NCBI GenBank assembly: GCA_944322855.1
Contig: CALUQG010000004.1
Location: 30,013-94,012, forward strand
From: Candidatus Gastranaerophilales bacterium
GTDB lineage: Bacteria; Cyanobacteriota; Vampirovibrionia; Gastranaerophilales; Gastranaerophilaceae
Reading direction: 5' to 3'
DNA: 64,000 bases
Part shown: positions 9,819 through 19,664 of the stretch, one piece after another
Layout: each line of letters begins with the position of its first letter
How positions within the stretch are numbered: the stretch's first letter is position 1
Program-made: the position numbers and the translations under genes
The notes under the pieces: model-generated
What the model saw: the letters and a program-made list of their open reading frames with translations, nothing else
The model's database searches: none
Told to the model about the DNA's origin: nothing

Positions 9819-12800
9819 TTAGTCCCTCAGTTTAACACCTGTTACACGTGTTATACCTTTTTCTTTTTGTGTAACGCCGATTGTCCTATTAGCTGATTCT
9901 ATCATAGGTTTGCGGTGACTAACTACTACAAATTGCGTATTTTCTGCCTGAGTTTTAACCATATCGGCAAGTTTTTCCACATTGATACCGTCAAGGTTTG
10001 CATCGACCTCATCGAATGCATAGAAAGGAGCAGGCAGATATCTCTGTATTGCAAATACAAAAGCGAGTGCTGTCAGTGATTTTTCGCCGCCGGACATGAG
10101 ATTTAAGCGTGTTTTTTCTTTGTCTCTCGGCTGCGCTTCTATAGACATTCCTCCGGTAAACGGCGACTCAGGATTGTCAAGGAACAAAGTGCCCTCGCCC
10201 TCTGAAAGTTTGTGGAAGATTTCTTTGAAATTATCGTTTATGTGGTTGTATGTATTCATAAACGTATCTTTTTTAAGATTTTCGTATCCCTGCATTCTGT
10301 CCATAATCTGATTTTTTTCATTGGACAGGGTTTCTATTTTTGTTCGCAATTCATTCTGGCGTTCGGAAACTTCATCATAAGACTTTATAGCTCGCATGTT
10401 TACGTCGCCCAGTTCATCCATACGTTTTTGCAGTCTTTGAATTTTTCCTGTGATTTCTTCTACGGAAATTTCTGTTTCTTCCAGTTTTGTGTAATCAACG
10501 CCGTTTTCTTTCAGCTCTTCTTTTATATTTTCAAGCTGCGGTTCAAGCTCTCTTCTTCGTGCTTTGAACGCTTCTATTTGTTCTGCAATTTTTTCAATAT
10601 TCAGCAGGAGCAGATTTTTCTGTTTATCCAATTCAAGATACTGCTCATTAACACTGTCTCTTTCTGTCTGGATTTCAATTAATTTTTCGCCGAGTTCTTT
10701 TATTTTTATTTCGAGAACATCTATCTGTTGATTTAGTGCTTCAATTTCAGTTTTGAATTTAACTTTTTCTTCCGCAAGTGATTCATTATCTTTGAGAAGT
10801 CGTGCAATTTCTTTGTTGTGAGTTTCGATTACATCTGTCTGGAAAACAATTGCACGGTTGTATCCGTCAATATCGTTATTACAGGAGGCAATTTTTGACT
10901 CAAACAGTTTTATTTGATTTTCGGTTTCTTCTGTGAGTTTTTTCAGCTTTGTAAGCTCTTCCGGTGTCATTTTGTCTTCAATCTCTTTGATTTCTTCTTC
11001 GAGTTTGAGGGTTTTTTCACCGATTTCGACATGTTTTTGTTCAATTTTGTCGAGTTCTGTTTCCAGTTGTTTTATTCTCGGTTCAGCTTTTTCAATCAGA
11101 GCTTTTTTCTCATTAATATTGTTTTCATTATCCTGAGACTGTTTTACAAGGTTTTGCAATTCAAGCTTTGCCTGATTGTATGCAGTCATTGAGTTTGAGT
11201 AAGAAATTCTGACTTTATCCAATTTTTCTTCAAGTTCAGATTTTTTACGTTCCAGTTCCGCATAGTTTTTTTCAAAACCTTTGAGTCTTTCTTTAAATTT
11301 TGCAAGTTCATCATCCTGGGTCTGGCTGAATTTGAGACCTGTCCGTTTTTGAGAGCCGCCTGTTATTGAACCTGATTTTTCGAACAGTTCGCCTGTCAGT
11401 GTAACCATTCTGTATTGACCAATGAGTTTTCTTGCCGAATTGTAGTCATCAACTACAAGAGTTTCTCCGAGTGCGTGGAAAAATACGTTCAAATACTCAT
11501 CATCAAAGTCAATTAAGTTTATGGCAAAATCAATAACTCCTTTGTCTTTCGGAAGCTTAAGAGATTTTGGAGCTTTGTTGATTTTGTTTAGCGGCAAAAA
11601 TGTTGCACGACCGGCATTTGCACTTTTCAAAACTTCGATGGCAATTTTTGCGGTTTCATCATCATCTACGACTATATTTGCCATTCTTCCGCCCATAGCA
11701 ACTTCCAGAGCGGTTGAGTACTCTTTGTCAACCTGACCGAGCTGGGCAAGAGTAGCGTGAACTCCTTTGATTTTTGCATTTAAAACAGTATCAACCGCAC
11801 GTCCGAAATTCATTTCATCAAATGCCTGTTTTTGTGCTTCCATCTGAGAAATTTTGCGATAAGCAGTCTGAACATTGTATTGAACATCGTTCATTTCATT
11901 TTTAGTTTTGTCCAGTTCATACATGGTATTTTGCTGGATTGTTTTGAAATCTTCAAGTTCTTTTGCAAGTTCCTGCACCTGAACTTCCACACGATCTTTG
12001 TTGCCTGCAAAATTTTGTTTAAACTCTTCAAATTCATTAATTTTATTTTTTGCGTCTTCAACTTCTTTCACAAGATTTGAAAGTTCTGATTCCATCGGGG
12101 CTTTAGTTTGGATAAGCTTTGTTTCTTCATCTTTTGCCTGTTCAAATTCTTTTCGAAGTTCGTTTCTTTTTGCGACATATTTGTCGGCAGATTCACTTAA
12201 ACCTGCAACCTCCTGAAGCATGTTCAAAAGTTTTGTTTTTTGCTCATCTCTTTGTTCTTCGAGGTTTTTTATTTCATTTTGTTTTTCTTCTATCTGGAGT
12301 TTGTTTTTTTCATTTTTTTGATTAAGGTTTTCAATGCCGTTTTTAGCATTTTCAATAGTTTTCAGGTTGTCCTGAACATTTTTTTCTGCAAAATTTATTG
12401 CGGCTTCTTTTCTGTCAACCTGACCTTTTATTTCTTCAACCTGTTTTTTGACTTCTATTTGTTCTGCTTCACCTTTTTCTTTAACAAGGTCGGAAAGCTC
12501 ATCGAGCTTTGTTTTAACTTTGAGAAGTTCCTCTTCCTGTTTTTTTAGTTTGACCTCTTCTTCTTTTTTCTTTTTATTGGCATCCAGAATACTTTCGTGT
12601 GCTCTTTCGAGTCCTTTTTTAATTTCAAAGAATTTTACGGCAGAAATTTTGCTTTCGAGTTCTGTTTTTTCGTCTCTGAGTTTCTGGTATTTGAGGGCGA
12701 CTTCTCTTTCTGATTTAAGTCTTTCAAGAGTTTGTTCGACTTCTGAAAGTATAAGCAGAGAATTTTGAACACGTGATTCAACAGTGCCAAGCTCATTTTG

Positions 12801-13316
12801 TGCCTGTTCTATACGACGATCAAAGTCTGCCACACCGGCAATCTCATCGATAATTTTTCTTCTTTCAATATCAGAGCAGTTTGTAATACTCATAACGTCA
12901 TTTTGCATAATGACATTGTAGCTGTTAGGTGTGATGTTATATTTTTCTAAAACCGTGTGAACATCAGTCAGAGTGACGATTTTGTCGTTTAAATAATAAA
13001 TGCTGTTGTATCCTTGAGAGGATTTTTTTATTTTTCTTGCAACAGAAAATTCTTTTTCATCAGCACCGTCAGGGGCAAAAGTGACTTTTACAATGGCTTC
13101 ATTTCTTCTTGTGTGCGTGGAGATGAGCTGAGAAATTTTTTCGGCTCTAAGGGTTCTTGAAGTAGACAGGCCGAGCGCAAACAGCACACTGTCGATGATA
13201 TTGCTTTTACCCGAGCCATTCGGCCCCGAAATAGTGGTAAAACCTTTCAAAAACGGTATGGTGATTTTGTTTGCAAAAGATTTGAAGTTATCTATTTCTA
13301 CTTCTTTAATGTACAT
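9819..13316 (-). CDS. smc: Chromosome partition protein SMC
   Basis: The 1165-aa ORF has N-terminal Walker A (GPNGSGKSNIIDS), long K/E-rich coiled coils, a hinge (GVHATLAQLG...GGRMANIVVDD), the signature LSGGEKSL and Walker B FYAFDEVDANLD. Confidence 0.95.
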   Translation of the reverse strand: MYIKEVEIDNFKSFANKITIPFLKGFTTISGPNGSGKSNIIDSVLFALGLSTSRTLRAEKISQLISTHTRRNEAIVKVTFAPDGADEKEFSVARKIKKSSQGYNSIYYLNDKIVTLTDVHTVLEKYNITPNSYNVIMQNDVMSITNCSDIERRKIIDEIAGVADFDRRIEQAQNELGTVESRVQNSLLILSEVEQTLERLKSEREVALKYQKLRDEKTELESKISAVKFFEIKKGLERAHESILDANKKKKEEEVKLKKQEEELLKVKTKLDELSDLVKEKGEAEQIEVKKQVEEIKGQVDRKEAAINFAEKNVQDNLKTIENAKNGIENLNQKNEKNKLQIEEKQNEIKNLEEQRDEQKTKLLNMLQEVAGLSESADKYVAKRNELRKEFEQAKDEETKLIQTKAPMESELSNLVKEVEDAKNKINEFEEFKQNFAGNKDRVEVQVQELAKELEDFKTIQQNTMYELDKTKNEMNDVQYNVQTAYRKISQMEAQKQAFDEMNFGRAVDTVLNAKIKGVHATLAQLGQVDKEYSTALEVAMGGRMANIVVDDDETAKIAIEVLKSANAGRATFLPLNKINKAPKSLKLPKDKGVIDFAINLIDFDDEYLNVFFHALGETLVVDDYNSARKLIGQYRMVTLTGELFEKSGSITGGSQKRTGLKFSQTQDDELAKFKERLKGFEKNYAELERKKSELEEKLDKVRISYSNSMTAYNQAKLELQNLVKQSQDNENNINEKKALIEKAEPRIKQLETELDKIEQKHVEIGEKTLKLEEEIKEIEDKMTPEELTKLKKLTEETENQIKLFESKIASCNNDIDGYNRAIVFQTDVIETHNKEIARLLKDNESLAEEKVKFKTEIEALNQQIDVLEIKIKELGEKLIEIQTERDSVNEQYLELDKQKNLLLLNIEKIAEQIEAFKARRRELEPQLENIKEELKENGVDYTKLEETEISVEEITGKIQRLQKRMDELGDVNMRAIKSYDEVSERQNELRTKIETLSNEKNQIMDRMQGYENLKKDTFMNTYNHINDNFKEIFHKLSEGEGTLFLDNPESPFTGGMSIEAQPRDKEKTRLNLMSGGEKSLTALAFVFAIQRYLPAPFYAFDEVDANLDGINVEKLADMVKTQAENTQFVVVSHRKPMIESANRTIGVTQKEKGITRVTGVKLRD

Positions 13317-13426
13317 TAAGCTTCTCTAATCCCAAGTCAGGTGTTTGTTATATTTCGCCCTGTCTAGACATATATGTATTTTATTTTCTTATAAATATAT
13401 GTATTAGTCAAAAAAGTTAAGAAAGC

Positions 13427-14134
13427 TCAAAGTTTTGCAAGAAGGTCTTCTTTTTTGATTTTTCTGCCGCAGCATTTGTCTTCGTCGCAGTATCCGAGTC
13501 TTTCGCATTTTGGTACAAGATAAGGAGCAAGCCAGGGCTCTTCTTTTAAGAGTTCATCGCACATCATTTTAACCATTGTTCTGATTTCATACTGAGCACG
13601 TGTACAAAGACGTATATTGGCAATATGAATAAGTTCTCTTAGATTTAAAGATGCAACAATTGAGCTTGCAGCAGCATTCGGGAGAACAAATCTTGCGTCT
13701 TCGGCAGGGATACCTGCTTCTGTCATTTCTGTATAGAATTCAGAGATTTTATTCATAAATGTGTTATATTTTTCAAGCAATTCAGGATTTTTTTCAATTG
13801 TCGGAGGAGTAATATAATCAAACTGTCCTTTTTCTTTTACATAGCGTTGTGATTTCTGAGAAAAAGAAACGTGTCTGTGTCTTACAAACTGGTGGGTACA
13901 GGCTCTTGAAATATTTGAAATGGCAAAGCTGACCTGAATGTGTTCAATTGTTGAGTAATGCCCGGAAGAAATTACTCTTTCAATTAATTTGAGCATTTTT
14001 TCTTCATCAACGGCATTATCATATATATTTACGGGCGAATCTGCACTATAGCAGGTTCTGCAGGCGGTATAGATAGTTTTTAGCATATTTTCCGGTTTTG
14101 AAATGAGTTTTACTACCGGTTTATTGTTTTCCAT
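13427..14134 (-). CDS. thyX: FAD-dependent thymidylate synthase ThyX
   Basis: The ThyX signature RHRHVSFSQKSQRY (RHRxxSxxxxSxR) is present at the expected size of 235 aa. Confidence 0.9.
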   Translation of the reverse strand: MENNKPVVKLISKPENMLKTIYTACRTCYSADSPVNIYDNAVDEEKMLKLIERVISSGHYSTIEHIQVSFAISNISRACTHQFVRHRHVSFSQKSQRYVKEKGQFDYITPPTIEKNPELLEKYNTFMNKISEFYTEMTEAGIPAEDARFVLPNAAASSIVASLNLRELIHIANIRLCTRAQYEIRTMVKMMCDELLKEEPWLAPYLVPKCERLGYCDEDKCCGRKIKKEDLLAKL

Positions 14135-14334
14135 AATTTTCCCCTAATTAAATCTCTTTAGACTATCATATCATTTGAAAAATTTTTTGTAAAAATTGTT
14201 ATGAAAATACAATAAGCAGATTTCTTCTCTATAACTACGAGTTTATTTTCTTCTGGTATTTACTTCAAAAACCGGATTATGTAACTCGTTTTTTGTTAGC
14301 ATACTTTGCCCGATGGACAACAGACTTTTTTCCT

Positions 14335-14600
14335 GTCATCCTGAAGCGTGATTTTGGGATTAACGCTTTAGTCCGGTGTGTTCAGGATCTTAGTTTCCGG
14401 TAGGTACACTCCGTTTTGCTTACCCTACTTAGTTTATCTATGCTGTTGGGCAAGTGCCTTGGATTATTGGCAGTTCGGGCGGAGTAACGTCCGCCCTCAC
14501 AGGACGTGCTCGCTCCCTATGGTCGACTCCGCACTAGCCAAAATCCGCTATGCCCAACCGACGACTGCACTAGCCAAAATCCGCTATGCCCAACAGGCTT
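14335..14600. repeat. Composite REP/MITE-like structured intergenic block
   Basis: Inverted repeat ATCCTGAA(14338-45)/TTCAGGAT(14381-88). GC-rich hairpin GGGCGGA-gtaacg-TCCGCCC. Inverted termini CTGTTGGGCA(14443-)/TGCCCAACAG(-14596). A perfect 28-nt direct repeat GCACTAGCCAAAATCCGCTATGCCCAAC occurs at 14531-14558 and 14567-14594 (36-bp period). Confidence 0.7.
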
Positions 14601-14638
14601 CCCTTACGTTTTACTTCAGAAACAGGACTATAAAATTA

Positions 14639-15952
14639 TTAATTATTAAAATCTTTTATAAGCCGTTCTATCCAGTTAAATATGCTTAACAGTTCATAAG
14701 GCTTTGGCAGATACAAATCTGCGCCTGTGTTTAAAATCATTTTCTTGTCATGAACAATCGTAGATAAAACGACTTTTATATCTTTTGTTTTGTCATCCTT
14801 TTTGATTTTGCAGCATAAATCAAGACCTTTAAGAGTCTCTGCATCTCCTGCATCAAGTATTATCAAAGCAGGGTCAAATGTTTTTATCATATGTATTGCA
14901 CTGTCATAATCCATTACGGAAGCAACTTCATAACCTTGCATTTCACCGGTCGTTTTCAAAAGAAAATTCAAAGCTTCGTCGGGTTCTATTATAAGAATTT
15001 TGTTGTTGTATTCTCTGTTAAAGATAGCATTTTTAGCACTTAATTTTGCTCTTTCTACGATATAAGAAGAGTTTGTGCCGGTATTTGCCAGTTTGCAGGT
15101 TGCAATTAAAGAAGTAATCGCAGAGTTAACACTGTCATATTTTTGATATTCGCCGGAAATAATACCTATACTTGTTGACACAAGATTTATTCTTTTTCCT
15201 GCATTGTCATCACCATGCAAAATAATGTAACCTTGTTTTGCATCTTCTTCATTATAGAATTTGTCAACAATTGCATCAAATGCGTAAACAAGAAATGATG
15301 CAATATGTTCTGCTTTCAGCGGATTTGTAAGTATTAAAAATTCTGCGTCAGAAAGTCCGCCTATGTAGTCATTTTCGTCCAGGGCAGAGTTCATAATTGC
15401 TGTGTATGTTTGAAGCATTTTATCAGAGGCAAGGTCTCCGTAAATTTCTTTATATGCCTGAAAATTGTTGATTTTAACAAGCATTGCTGCCCACTTTTGT
15501 CCGCTAGCAAGGATTCTTTTTAATACTTTTAAAGTAGATTTTGTTTCAGGCAGTCCTGTTATGTCATTGGCAAGGTTTTCAAAATGACGTCTAAGATGAG
15601 CATTAATTCTTGCTTTGAATTCTTCTGATTCTATAGGCTCGCTCAAAAAATCATCCGCACCTGCGTCAAGAACATCCAGTTTATCCTGCATTTCAGAAGA
15701 TTTTGAAAGTGCTATTATGCAAGGACGTGAAGGATATGCCAGCATTCTTAGTTTTTTTACAACATCGGGTACAGGCAGATTTAAGCTGTCTGAAACAAGT
15801 ATTGCATCAGGCTCAAATTCCGTAAGAATAGATAATCCTTTTTCCAGGCTTGATTCTATTAATACGCTTACAGAACAGCTTTCTATCAGTTTTTTGTATT
15901 TTGCAGGTAATTCTTTTCTGCTGTCTAAGATTAAAACAAGCTTTGATAACAT
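14639..15952 (-). CDS. Response regulator, REC / degenerate GGDEF / REC architecture
   Basis: The N-terminal REC shows DAILVSD...ALSK...GADDFLSEP. The central cyclase-like domain has GGLSDAEF in place of GGDEF. The C-terminal REC shows ILIIEPDE...LIILDAG...LPKP. I place the start at the ATG at 15950-15952 (MLSKLVL), 1 nt after the kinase stop. Confidence 0.7.
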   Translation of the reverse strand: MLSKLVLILDSRKELPAKYKKLIESCSVSVLIESSLEKGLSILTEFEPDAILVSDSLNLPVPDVVKKLRMLAYPSRPCIIALSKSSEMQDKLDVLDAGADDFLSEPIESEEFKARINAHLRRHFENLANDITGLPETKSTLKVLKRILASGQKWAAMLVKINNFQAYKEIYGDLASDKMLQTYTAIMNSALDENDYIGGLSDAEFLILTNPLKAEHIASFLVYAFDAIVDKFYNEEDAKQGYIILHGDDNAGKRINLVSTSIGIISGEYQKYDSVNSAITSLIATCKLANTGTNSSYIVERAKLSAKNAIFNREYNNKILIIEPDEALNFLLKTTGEMQGYEVASVMDYDSAIHMIKTFDPALIILDAGDAETLKGLDLCCKIKKDDKTKDIKVVLSTIVHDKKMILNTGADLYLPKPYELLSIFNWIERLIKDFNN

Positions 15953-15953
15953 A

Positions 15954-16958
15954 TTACTTGTCCTCCAATGCTTTTTGGCTCTGGTTTGTATATGAAGCCG
16001 CAGGGAGTAAAACTTCAAATATAGTGCCGCTGTTTGGCAGTACAGTGGAGCTTTCAACACAAATTTTACCGCCCATTTTTTCTATAAGATTTTTGACGAT
16101 ATAAAGCCCGAGTCCGCTGCCTTGAGTTTTTCTTGTCAGGTGGTTTTCTATACGGATGAATTTTTCGAATATACGTGAGAGATTTTCAGGTTCAATGCCG
16201 ACACCGTGGTCTTCTACTTTTATGCTGACAAAATTTTCTTTTGTCATAGAGTTTGAAATGCTAATTTTTACAGAACCTCTTTCGTATGAATATTTTGCGG
16301 CATTATCCATGAGGTTTATCATAATCTGCTGAAATTTGTTCTCGTCCACAAGAATATTCGGTACATCTTTTTCACAGTGCAGTTCAAAAGCATGTGTAGG
16401 ATATTGTGCCTTTAGAATATCTATAACCTGTTCTATTTGAGATTTTGCATTGACTGATTTGTATACAAAATTTGATTGTTGAACCTGTATTTTTGAAATT
16501 GACAAGAGATTTTCAACAAGTTTTATAAGGCGATTTGCCTGTTCTTTGATGATAGACAGAAATTTCTGAATTCTTTCTTTATCAAGTTTGTCATAAGACA
16601 ATAACATTGTATCGGCAAAACCACGAATGCTTGTTAACGGAGTTCTGAGTTCATGGCTTACTGTCGAAATGAAATCCGAATATATTTTTTCCATCTGGCT
16701 GTCAACAACAGAAAGATAAAAATATGAATAATATTCGTCATCAAACTTTGTTATTTTATATGTATATTCTTTCAACTGCAGCGTATCAGAGTTTTCCGGC
16801 AAAAATTCATAAATGTTTTTGCCGCTTAACATTTCACAATTTGTATTAAACAGTGCACAGAAAAATTTGTTTGCGTAAACAATTTTGTTGTCATAATCAA
16901 CTGCAAGCACTGCTTCATCAAGATTTTCTATTATATTTTTAAAATTTACTTTTCCCAT
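15954..16958 (-). CDS. Cytoplasmic PAS-domain sensor histidine kinase
   Basis: The H-box is SHELRTPLTSIRGF, the N-box is DNAAKYS and the G-box is GSGLGLYIVKNLIEKMGG. The N-terminal segment is PAS-like and no TM segment is seen. Confidence 0.85.
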   Translation of the reverse strand: MGKVNFKNIIENLDEAVLAVDYDNKIVYANKFFCALFNTNCEMLSGKNIYEFLPENSDTLQLKEYTYKITKFDDEYYSYFYLSVVDSQMEKIYSDFISTVSHELRTPLTSIRGFADTMLLSYDKLDKERIQKFLSIIKEQANRLIKLVENLLSISKIQVQQSNFVYKSVNAKSQIEQVIDILKAQYPTHAFELHCEKDVPNILVDENKFQQIMINLMDNAAKYSYERGSVKISISNSMTKENFVSIKVEDHGVGIEPENLSRIFEKFIRIENHLTRKTQGSGLGLYIVKNLIEKMGGKICVESSTVLPNSGTIFEVLLPAASYTNQSQKALEDK

Positions 16959-17352
16959 AAACTTATTATAGCAATTTTGTTATGTTTTTTTAATAAATTA
17001 AGTTTTTCTTAATCATGTTTTTCATGACAAAAGTCATATTTCAGGTTGATTTATTTGAATTCAAATTTTGTCAAAATAATAATGTACCCCCTAAAAAAGA
17101 TAAAGTGTGGAAATTTAAAAATACCCGGCTATTAATATTCAAAAGAGAGAAATAAAAATGAATTTGAACGAGGAATGTTTACTAAAATATTTGCAAAATC
17201 CTGATGAACTTGTAGATTTAACATCACTGCTTGTTGAGTTTAATGCAAACAATGATTTGTATGAAACCGTTCAGTCTGATAATATATTTAACATACAGCC
17301 GGCTTAGATTGGCTTAAATTAGAGTTTTAATTTGAAAGATTAGACGGTATTT

Positions 17353-19212
17353 ATGGAAAAAATTAAAGAATATTTAAAAGACAAAACCTTTCTCAAATAT
17401 CTTTTGTATTCAATATATATTTTGATAACGGTAGGTTTGTTGTTCAGTTTGCTTTCGCAGCATGATATAAGAGACTTTTTTGCAACTATAGAAAACAAAA
17501 CTTTTGATGTTCGTCAGAGTATACTTGCGCCGTATAAAAAGGTAAACAAAAATATTTCAATAATTTCTGTTGATGAAGAAAGCTATGAATATCTTCTGGG
17601 AAAATACGGTGAGTGGCCGATTTCAAGGAATATTTATGCGGATTTGATTACATATCTTGAAAAACAAAAAACCGGTGTAATTGCGTTCGATTTGATGTTT
17701 GTAAAATCTTTAAAAAGCAGCAATGATGCTGATAATAAGCTGGCTAAAAATATTGCAAAATATGACAATGTTTTTACTTCAATAAATTTTGATGACCAGT
17801 CTTATGAATTGAGAAAGCCTGTTGATTTACCAGATTATTTGAAGGCAAAAGTGGAAAACTTTTCTAAAATAGATTTTAAAACAGGAATGCTTAAATTTAC
17901 TAACTGTCGTGCAATAATAAGCCAGATTATAGACACGACTCCTAATATAGGACACATAAATCTTATGAGAGCCCAGGACGGCATAGCAAGAGATTTGCCT
18001 CCGTTTGTTGTGTATAAAGGTGATTTTTATCCTCATCTTGCCTTAAAAGTTGCAATGAAATACCTTGAACAACAAGAAGATCTGAGACAGGACAATTTTG
18101 TAATTGAAAAAAATAATAATATGAAAATCGGAAAAAGAACTATTCCTATGGCAGGTAACGGTTCGGCTATTCTTAACTGGTATGGTCAAAGCGGTATTAA
18201 TAACGGTGCCGGAACTTTCGACTACGTTCCTATGTGGAAAGTGGAAAAAAGCATGTATGAAGGTGCAAACCTTATCCCGAAAGATTATTTTAAAAACAAA
18301 ATCGTTTACATAGGTACAAGTGCAACTTCTCTTTTCGATTTAAAAAGCGTACCTACCGACAAAATATTCCCCGGGGTTGAAATTCATACCACATTTGTTA
18401 ACAACATTCTTGATGACAATTTTATAAAAAGAGTACATCCTTTGACTGATATTGCTATCAGCCTTTTGCTGAGCCTTTTTATAGGGCTGGTTGTCATACG
18501 AAGCGAGTCAACGGTAATGTCTTCTTTGATAGCCATTTTGACAGGCATAATATATGCAATTACCGCTACGATATTGATGTACTTTTTCAATATTTGGATT
18601 GGTATTGTTCTGCAGTTTGTTTCTATACTGCTGGTATTCATTGCATGTTATCTTGCAAAATATATAGTCAAATCAAGGGATCTTGAATATACCTATGCAC
18701 TTGCCACAACTGACGGTTTAACCGAGTTGTATAACCACAGATATTTTCAAGAACAGATGATACAAAATGTAGAAACAGCCAAAAGATATGAAAAGCCTTT
18801 TTCTTTAATAATGATTGATATAGACTTCTTTAAAAAATTCAATGACACATACGGACACCAGTCCGGTGATGCTGTTTTGAGACAGGTTGCGCATATTCTT
18901 AAGAAAAATGTCAGAAGCACTGATATAGTATGCAGATACGGCGGTGAAGAAATGTCTATTATCCTTACTCACACAGGCAAAGACGAGGCATTGATTACCG
19001 CACAAAAAATTTGTAATGCCGTAAGCGAAAATCCTTTGAAACTTGTAAACGGTAATGATGTAAAAGTTACTATCAGTCTCGGAGTTTCAACATATCCTCA
19101 AAACGGTGAAACACCTGCTGAGATGATTAAATATGCAGATGACTGTCTTTATGCAGCCAAAGAGCACGGTCGAAATCAGGTCGGAAATTTTGCAAAAGAA
19201 AAAAATGACTAA
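17353..19212 (+). CDS. CHASE2 sensor domain diguanylate cyclase (GGDEF)
   Basis: An N-terminal TM is followed by a periplasmic CHASE2-like region (ISIISVDEESY...GEWPISRNIYADLI...VIAFDLMF), three TMs and then a GGDEF domain (DIDFFKKFNDTYGHQSGD, RYGGEEMSI). Confidence 0.8.
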   Translation: MEKIKEYLKDKTFLKYLLYSIYILITVGLLFSLLSQHDIRDFFATIENKTFDVRQSILAPYKKVNKNISIISVDEESYEYLLGKYGEWPISRNIYADLITYLEKQKTGVIAFDLMFVKSLKSSNDADNKLAKNIAKYDNVFTSINFDDQSYELRKPVDLPDYLKAKVENFSKIDFKTGMLKFTNCRAIISQIIDTTPNIGHINLMRAQDGIARDLPPFVVYKGDFYPHLALKVAMKYLEQQEDLRQDNFVIEKNNNMKIGKRTIPMAGNGSAILNWYGQSGINNGAGTFDYVPMWKVEKSMYEGANLIPKDYFKNKIVYIGTSATSLFDLKSVPTDKIFPGVEIHTTFVNNILDDNFIKRVHPLTDIAISLLLSLFIGLVVIRSESTVMSSLIAILTGIIYAITATILMYFFNIWIGIVLQFVSILLVFIACYLAKYIVKSRDLEYTYALATTDGLTELYNHRYFQEQMIQNVETAKRYEKPFSLIMIDIDFFKKFNDTYGHQSGDAVLRQVAHILKKNVRSTDIVCRYGGEEMSIILTHTGKDEALITAQKICNAVSENPLKLVNGNDVKVTISLGVSTYPQNGETPAEMIKYADDCLYAAKEHGRNQVGNFAKEKND

Positions 19213-19664
19213 AAATTTATAAAGCGTAAAAGCTTTTTTATCAGGCCTTTTAATCCGGATTCGTAAAACATAGGGTCATCATGGTAATAAGGCTTATAAG
19301 CTTCTATAATATTTTGCGGAAGCGGATTTCCGTCTTTGAAGGTAAAAGCTATCATCTCAAGAAGCTCAATCTGTTGATTGTTGAATTCTATGCTCTTTGC
19401 TTTTATGTCTTCATCAGCCTCATAATGACAGAGTGCATGCCAAGCAGCATGAATTGAGGCATCTTCACAACCTTTTGGAAAAAGAAGCAGTCCCTTTTTG
19501 ACGCTTATTCTTTCTGTCAAAACGGCAATGATTATGTTCCCGACATATTTTCTTTGCTCTGAAAAATCAACCTCATGCGGCACGGAAGCTGCTTGAGGAT
19601 TGATTTTGTTTTTAATAAAAGATTTTATGTTTGAAAGAATTATACTAATTCTGCTGTTTTGCAT
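19209..19664 (-). CDS. Hypothetical soluble protein co-transcribed with the BlaI-family repressor
   Basis: The 151-aa ORF overlaps the 3' end of the upstream repressor gene by 25 nt. It carries a His/Cys cluster HAAWHALCHYEAD. No family was recognised. Confidence 0.5.
   Translation of the reverse strand: MQNSRISIILSNIKSFIKNKINPQAASVPHEVDFSEQRKYVGNIIIAVLTERISVKKGLLLFPKGCEDASIHAAWHALCHYEADEDIKAKSIEFNNQQIELLEMIAFTFKDGNPLPQNIIEAYKPYYHDDPMFYESGLKGLIKKLLRFINF

Noticed and set aside
9819-13316. Many 60-160-aa ORFs lie antisense to, or out of frame within, smc (for example 10212..10682, 10914..11192, 12240..12548, 12448..12768).
   Set aside because: Their translations are Phe/Leu/Ser-rich low-complexity strings. 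These are exactly what the reverse complement of a Lys/Glu-rich coiled-coil gene produces. They lack start contexts and are fully nested in a confident 1165-aa gene.
14135-14640. The 500-bp, relatively GC-rich gap might hide RNase P RNA, tmRNA, SRP RNA or a riboswitch.
   Set aside because: I looked for GGAAAGUCCGG-type (RNase P), GGUUCGAxUCC tRNA-like 3' ends (tmRNA) and SRP domain IV motifs on both strands and found none. The REP-like repeat interpretation explains the structure. A covariance-model scan would be decisive.
14378-14689. A 103-aa ORF with an internal ALAKIRYAQ...ALAKIRYAQ repeat.
   Set aside because: The peptide repeat is only the translation of the 36-bp tandem repeat. The ORF runs through nested inverted repeats and into the 3' end of the response-regulator gene, so it is not credible as coding.
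17158-17307. A 49-codon acidic ORF (MNLNEECLLKYLQNPDELVDL...) upstream of the CHASE2-GGDEF gene.
   Set aside because: It is plausible (ATG start, purine-rich stretch upstream), but it is too short and has no recognisable family for me to call as a feature. It is mentioned under the c-di-GMP finding only.
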